From Eledone cirrhosa (taxonomy: Eukaryota): a DNA stretch of 64,000 bases. The stretch lies in NCBI GenBank assembly GCA_964016885.1, contig OZ024741.1, positions 148,180,001 through 148,244,000 of the forward strand. Reading direction: 5' to 3'. Positions 59,760 to 64,000 of the stretch are shown here, one piece after another. A program made the position numbers and the translations under genes. The stretch's first letter is position 1. Each line of letters starts with the position of its first letter. The notes under the pieces were generated by a model, which saw only the letters and a program-made list of their open reading frames with translations, was not told the DNA's origin and made no database searches.

Positions 59760-62700
59760 TTGAACGGGAACAAAACAGAGAGGCAGTACGAACAAAGGTT
59801 TATTAGTTTCACGCTCTTGAGAGTGGGGTGGTGGTGGGGAACGACGTTTCGGGCATAAGCCCTTCTTCAGGTGAAAAGTGTGTGGGAAGAGAGTTCCAAG
59901 GGTGTGTAGGGGAGTGGTGGAGAGACATATAGAAAAAAGGGGGTGAGAGGAAACGGTGCAAATGAAATCAAAAATAAAGGCATGATCAAAATTAAATTAA
60001 AAATACACATGGAGTAAAACAGGTGGTGGAAGGGTGTGAGGCGTTTAGGGGTGGTGGAGGGTGGAGTGGGGAGAGGGAGACGGAGTGTCTGAGCGGGGAG
60101 GGCTGAAGGTGGTGTGTGTGTGTGTGTAGGTGTACGTGTGTGTGTGTGTGTGTATGTGAAAGCAAGGGTTGGGGGAAGAACGGGGTTGCATGTTCAGGAA
60201 GAGGTGTGTGTGGGGGGGGTGTAGGTCGGAGTGTGTGTGCGTGTGTGGATAGAGGGGTGGGGGGAGAGGATTCCGGAAGCTGAATGTGTAAATATGTGGT
60301 GGTACGCACGTGTGTGTGTGTGTGGTGTTTATGCGTGTTGTGGATGTAGGTGGCGTGTGGGGAAAAAAATGTTTGGGGTGTATGTCCGAGGGTGAGTCGT
60401 AAAGGTAATTCCGTAAAAGGATGTGGTGGAATGCTGAGTAAAATCCTTGGGATGCGGTAGATTCTCGGGATCAAGGTTCACATATGTGTAATCCGTGAAG
60501 AGATTGGTCGGAAGAGGGGAGATGTGGGGTCCGCGCGCAACAGGAAGTGGTCAGAGGGTCAAGGCAGGAGGAGGGTTGTGTGTCTGTGTGTGCGGGGAGG
60601 TGGTCAGAGAGGCATAGCAGCAGTAGGGTAGAATGGTAAGTGAAGAAAGTCGGTGTGTCAGTGTGTGCGGAGGTGCGGTGGACAGGGGAGAGGATGGGTA
60701 GGTGTGAAAGTTGGAGTGAGGAGGGGGGGTGTATTAGTAGAGGTGTTAGTGGGATGTGTGTGTGTTTGAGAAAGGGTGTGGGTGGAGCGGGGAGAGGAGG
60801 GTGTGGGGGCGATGGAGGGAGTGTAGTGTACTGGTGTGTGTGTGCGTTTTGGGATGAGTGTGTGTGTGTGGTGAAGGGGGTGTTAGTGGGTGTTAGTATA
60901 CTGGAGGTGGAGAGAGGGTTGAATGCGGGTGTGAGTGGGGGTCAGTGGTGGTAGGATGTGTAGAGTTGGTGGTGTAAGAGGGTGTGTGTGTTCGTGTGCG
61001 TAGGATTGGGGGGTGTTAGTGATATTAGTTGCGTGTAGAGTGGGTGTGTGTGTTCGTGTGCTTGGGGTCAGGGGGTGTTAGTGATGTTAGTTGCGGGGTA
61101 GTGGGGTGGATGTGTGGGGGTGAGGGTTAGTGGTGGTAGTAGGGTGTGTGTTTAGTGTGAGCGCGTGTATATATGTACCGGTGGGTGTGTGCGTGTGATA
61201 AGGAGGGGGAGAAGAAGGGAGGGATGTTAGTATGTTAGTTGGGGAAGGGTGGTCGGATGTGGGGTGGAGGTGTTAGTATTGTTAGTTGTGGGGTGGGCGG
61301 TGAAAAGGAGGGGTGTGTTAGTGGTGTTAGTGGGGGATATGTGTGGGGGGAGGGGGCGGTCGAAGGCTAAAGGAATAAGGGTGGGGAGTTCAGGCCGGGG
61401 AGAGTGTGGGTCTGTAGGGTGAAGATGGTTCGTTGTTCGACCCTGAGGAGAGTGGCGGGTGTTCCGTGGCATTGGAGTAGGCCACAGACTGTGAGGTGGT
61501 GTGCGGAATGTCCAGGGCCACCAAAGTGGCGGGCGATGGGGGAACTACCACCGAGACGAATATCTTGGAGGTGTTCAGTAAACCGGTCCGCCAGGCGACG
61601 TCCATTCTGTCCGACGTAAGTCGCGCTGCACTCCGTGCAGCGAAGTCCGTAGACTAGGTTGGAGGAGGTGCAGCGGAAGGCATGCCGGACAGAGAGAGAG
61701 TGGCCGTTGGGACCCTGGAAGGTGGTGGTGTTGGTGATGTGGGGACAGGTGTTGCAGCGGGGCCTAGAACAGGGAAAGGAACCGGGGGAGGAGAGCGTGG
61801 GTTGGGAGTAGGGAGCTATGGACGAGGAGGGTGCGGAGATTGCGTGCGCGTTGGAAGGAGGGGAGTGGTGGGGCTTGGAAGATGTGGGAGGTGGAGGGGT
61901 CGGACTGGAGGTGTCGGAAGATCCTGAGGAGTTGGGAGTAGGGAATAGAGTGTTTAGTGTGTGTGGGGTGGGAAGAAGTGAAGTCGAGGTAGGAGTGGGA
62001 GTCGGTGGGTTTGAAGAAGGCGGAGGTGACGAGGGAGTGGTGGGAGGGGTCGAAGGCGACGGAGATGTCTAAGAAGTGGACGTGGGTGGTGGAGATAGAG
62101 GTGGTGAAGTGGAGGGAGGAGTGGAAGGAGCAGAAGAAGGAGAGAAAGGAGTCGAGCTGTTCTCGGGTGAGGGTCGTGGCTCCGATACAGTCGTCGATGT
62201 AACGACCGTCCAGTTCGGGCGTGGGGCCGGTGTACTGGGCAAAGATTTGGGCCTCAACATGGCCAACAAAAAGGTTGGCATAGTTTGGGCCCATTCTTGT
62301 ACCTATGGCTACCCCCGTGACCTGTTGGTAAAACTCACCCGAGGAGAAACAGTTGAGGGTGAGGACCAGCTCGGCGAGGCGAAGGAGGGTGGGGGTGGAG
62401 GGGATGGGGAGGAGCGATGGTCGAGGTAGTGTTTGAGGGCACGTAGGCCGTCGGCGTGGGGGATGACGGTATAGAGGGACTTGATGTCTAGGGTGAAGAG
62501 GAAGGGCTGTGGGCCGGGTGGGTAGGTGAAGGAGTCGAAAAGGCGCAGGGCGTGGTTGGTGTCGGAGATGTGGGAGGGGAGGGTGGTGACAAGGGGCGCG
62601 AGGATCGAGTCAAGAAAGGCGGAGATGAGTTCGGTGGGGCAGTTGCAAGCGGAGACGATGGGGCGGCCGGGGTTGTCGGGTTTGGGGAGTTTGGGGAGGA

Positions 62701-63053
62701 AGTAGATGGTGGGGGTGCGGGGGGTGCGGACGATGAGGTGGGAAGTGGTGGTGGGGGGGGGAGTCAAGGTGTTGGATGGTGGAGGAAACTTGTTGTTGGT
62801 AGAGGGGTGTGGGATCGGAGGGTAGAGGGCGGTAGAAGAGGGGTTACGGAGCTGCCTGAGGGCTTCGGCCGTGTAGAGGTCCGCACGCCACACCACCACG
62901 GCGCCTCCCTTGTCCGCCGGTTCGATGACGATGTCATCTCGGCTACGGAGGGAGCGGAGAGCGAGGAGTTCGCCCCGTGTGATGTTATTCCGTTTGGAAC
63001 GGTGGCGGAAGTCGAAACGATTTACGGCGCTACGGCTGGCATCGACGAACGCG
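59760..63053 (-). mobile_element. Second Neptune-type Penelope-like element, decayed
   Basis: ADKGGAVV, YFLPK, GRPIVS, LDIKSLYT, MGPNYANLF, RYIDD, KPTDSHSYL; NLVYGLRC..TYVGQ GIY-YIG near 61600-61670; abuts (TA)n/(CA)n. Confidence 0.88.
59842..59871 (-). ncRNA. Minimal hammerhead ribozyme core of the Penelope pLTR
   Basis: CCTGAAGA-A-GGGC-TTAT-GCCC-GAAAC-GTCG on the minus strand. Confidence 0.7.
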
Positions 63054-63120
63054 TATATATATATATATACATAGATAGATACACACACACACACACACAC
63101 ATACACGCGCGCGCGCGCAC

Positions 63121-63208
<88 letters not shown>

Positions 63209-63210
63209 AC
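63054..63210. repeat. Compound (TA)n/(CA)n microsatellite
   Basis: Directly visible. Confidence 0.95.
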
Positions 63211-63324
63211 AAACTTGTGTGTGTGTCTGTGTGTGCCTTGTTTTGGGTACAGAAAGAATTTTGACTCCAGTTTTTATAGCCGGGTCAAATGCCACTGCTC
63301 TTTTCAACAACGTCAAATAACAAC

Positions 63325-63360
<36 letters not shown>

Positions 63361-63484
63361 CGATCTTTATGCTGAAATTTTATAGTTTTAAGCAGACAGT
63401 ATTATTGATTTAGGTGTCATAGAAACCCTGCATTTGGATTTTACCATCAATTCCACTTGGGTCCAGGTCTGTTTATATCATTTA

Positions 63485-64000
63485 CTAGCATTAAAGCCCG
63501 GCGTTTCTCGGGGTCATTAAGTTACCAAAGTTAGGTTGCACCACCCATTTTATGGCACCACTTTTTTGTCTGCCAGGCACTGGGTGAATGAATTGCAGAC
63601 CTGGAAGCAGGAGCTGCGCCAGCAGTGACAATTGTAGTTTCGCCTATGGATATTATCTCTGTGCAAAAAAGTGTTGAAATTTATTGTTTCACAGTACTTG
63701 CGCAACACGCGCGTGGACGATGCCAGCCGAACAACAGAGCTGCGATGGAGTTGTTCTGCATGGTTGTCTGTGTGTTTTCTAAATTTAAGACAGTAGGGAG
63801 GGTTGTGATATGAGAGGGAGTTAGCTGTTGTTTCTAGCAGGTTTAGTGACCTCATAAAGGATATGTGTTTTCTAAATTTAAGACAGTAGGGAGTGGTGTG
63901 ATATGGGGGAGAGTTAGCTGCTGTTTCTAGCAGGTTTAGTGACCTCATAGAAGATATGTTTTCTAAATTTAAGACAGTAGGGATGGGTGTGATATGGGGG
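63485..64000 (-). mobile_element. Helitron-like element with 93-bp array, second copy (runs off the window)
   Basis: Nearly identical to 9426-10030; hairpin CCCGAGAAACGCCGGG and CTAG terminus on minus. Confidence 0.75.

Overview
Eukaryotic, AT-rich, transposon-saturated genomic DNA. The SINE/RTE families and microsatellite load suggest a coleoid cephalopod such as Octopus (inference). One host gene runs on the minus strand: a CCDC142-like gene with four phase-compatible coding exons (40809-39186, 33548-33462, 8959-8801, 813-638, continuing off the left edge) and a candidate TATA/ETS promoter with a non-coding first exon near 55.8 kb. Its introns hold RTE, CR1, Tx1, R4/Dong and CRE-type LINEs, three Penelope-like elements with hammerhead-type motifs, a deleted Gypsy element, Helitrons, piggyBac-type and foldback MITEs, a mariner fragment and tRNA-derived SINEs. 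Most notable: (i) a ~19-kb nested stack of retroelements joined at (AAT)n tracts inside a Penelope pseudo-LTR; (ii) the same ~0.7-0.8-kb leader upstream of two divergent R4/Dong LINEs, each with a compact structured 5' RNA, one of them pseudoknotted; (iii) a Gypsy primer-binding site extended to 49 nt of tRNA-Trp, stopping at tRNA position 27. All calls come from reading the sequence and from recalled family motifs; no search or folding program was run.
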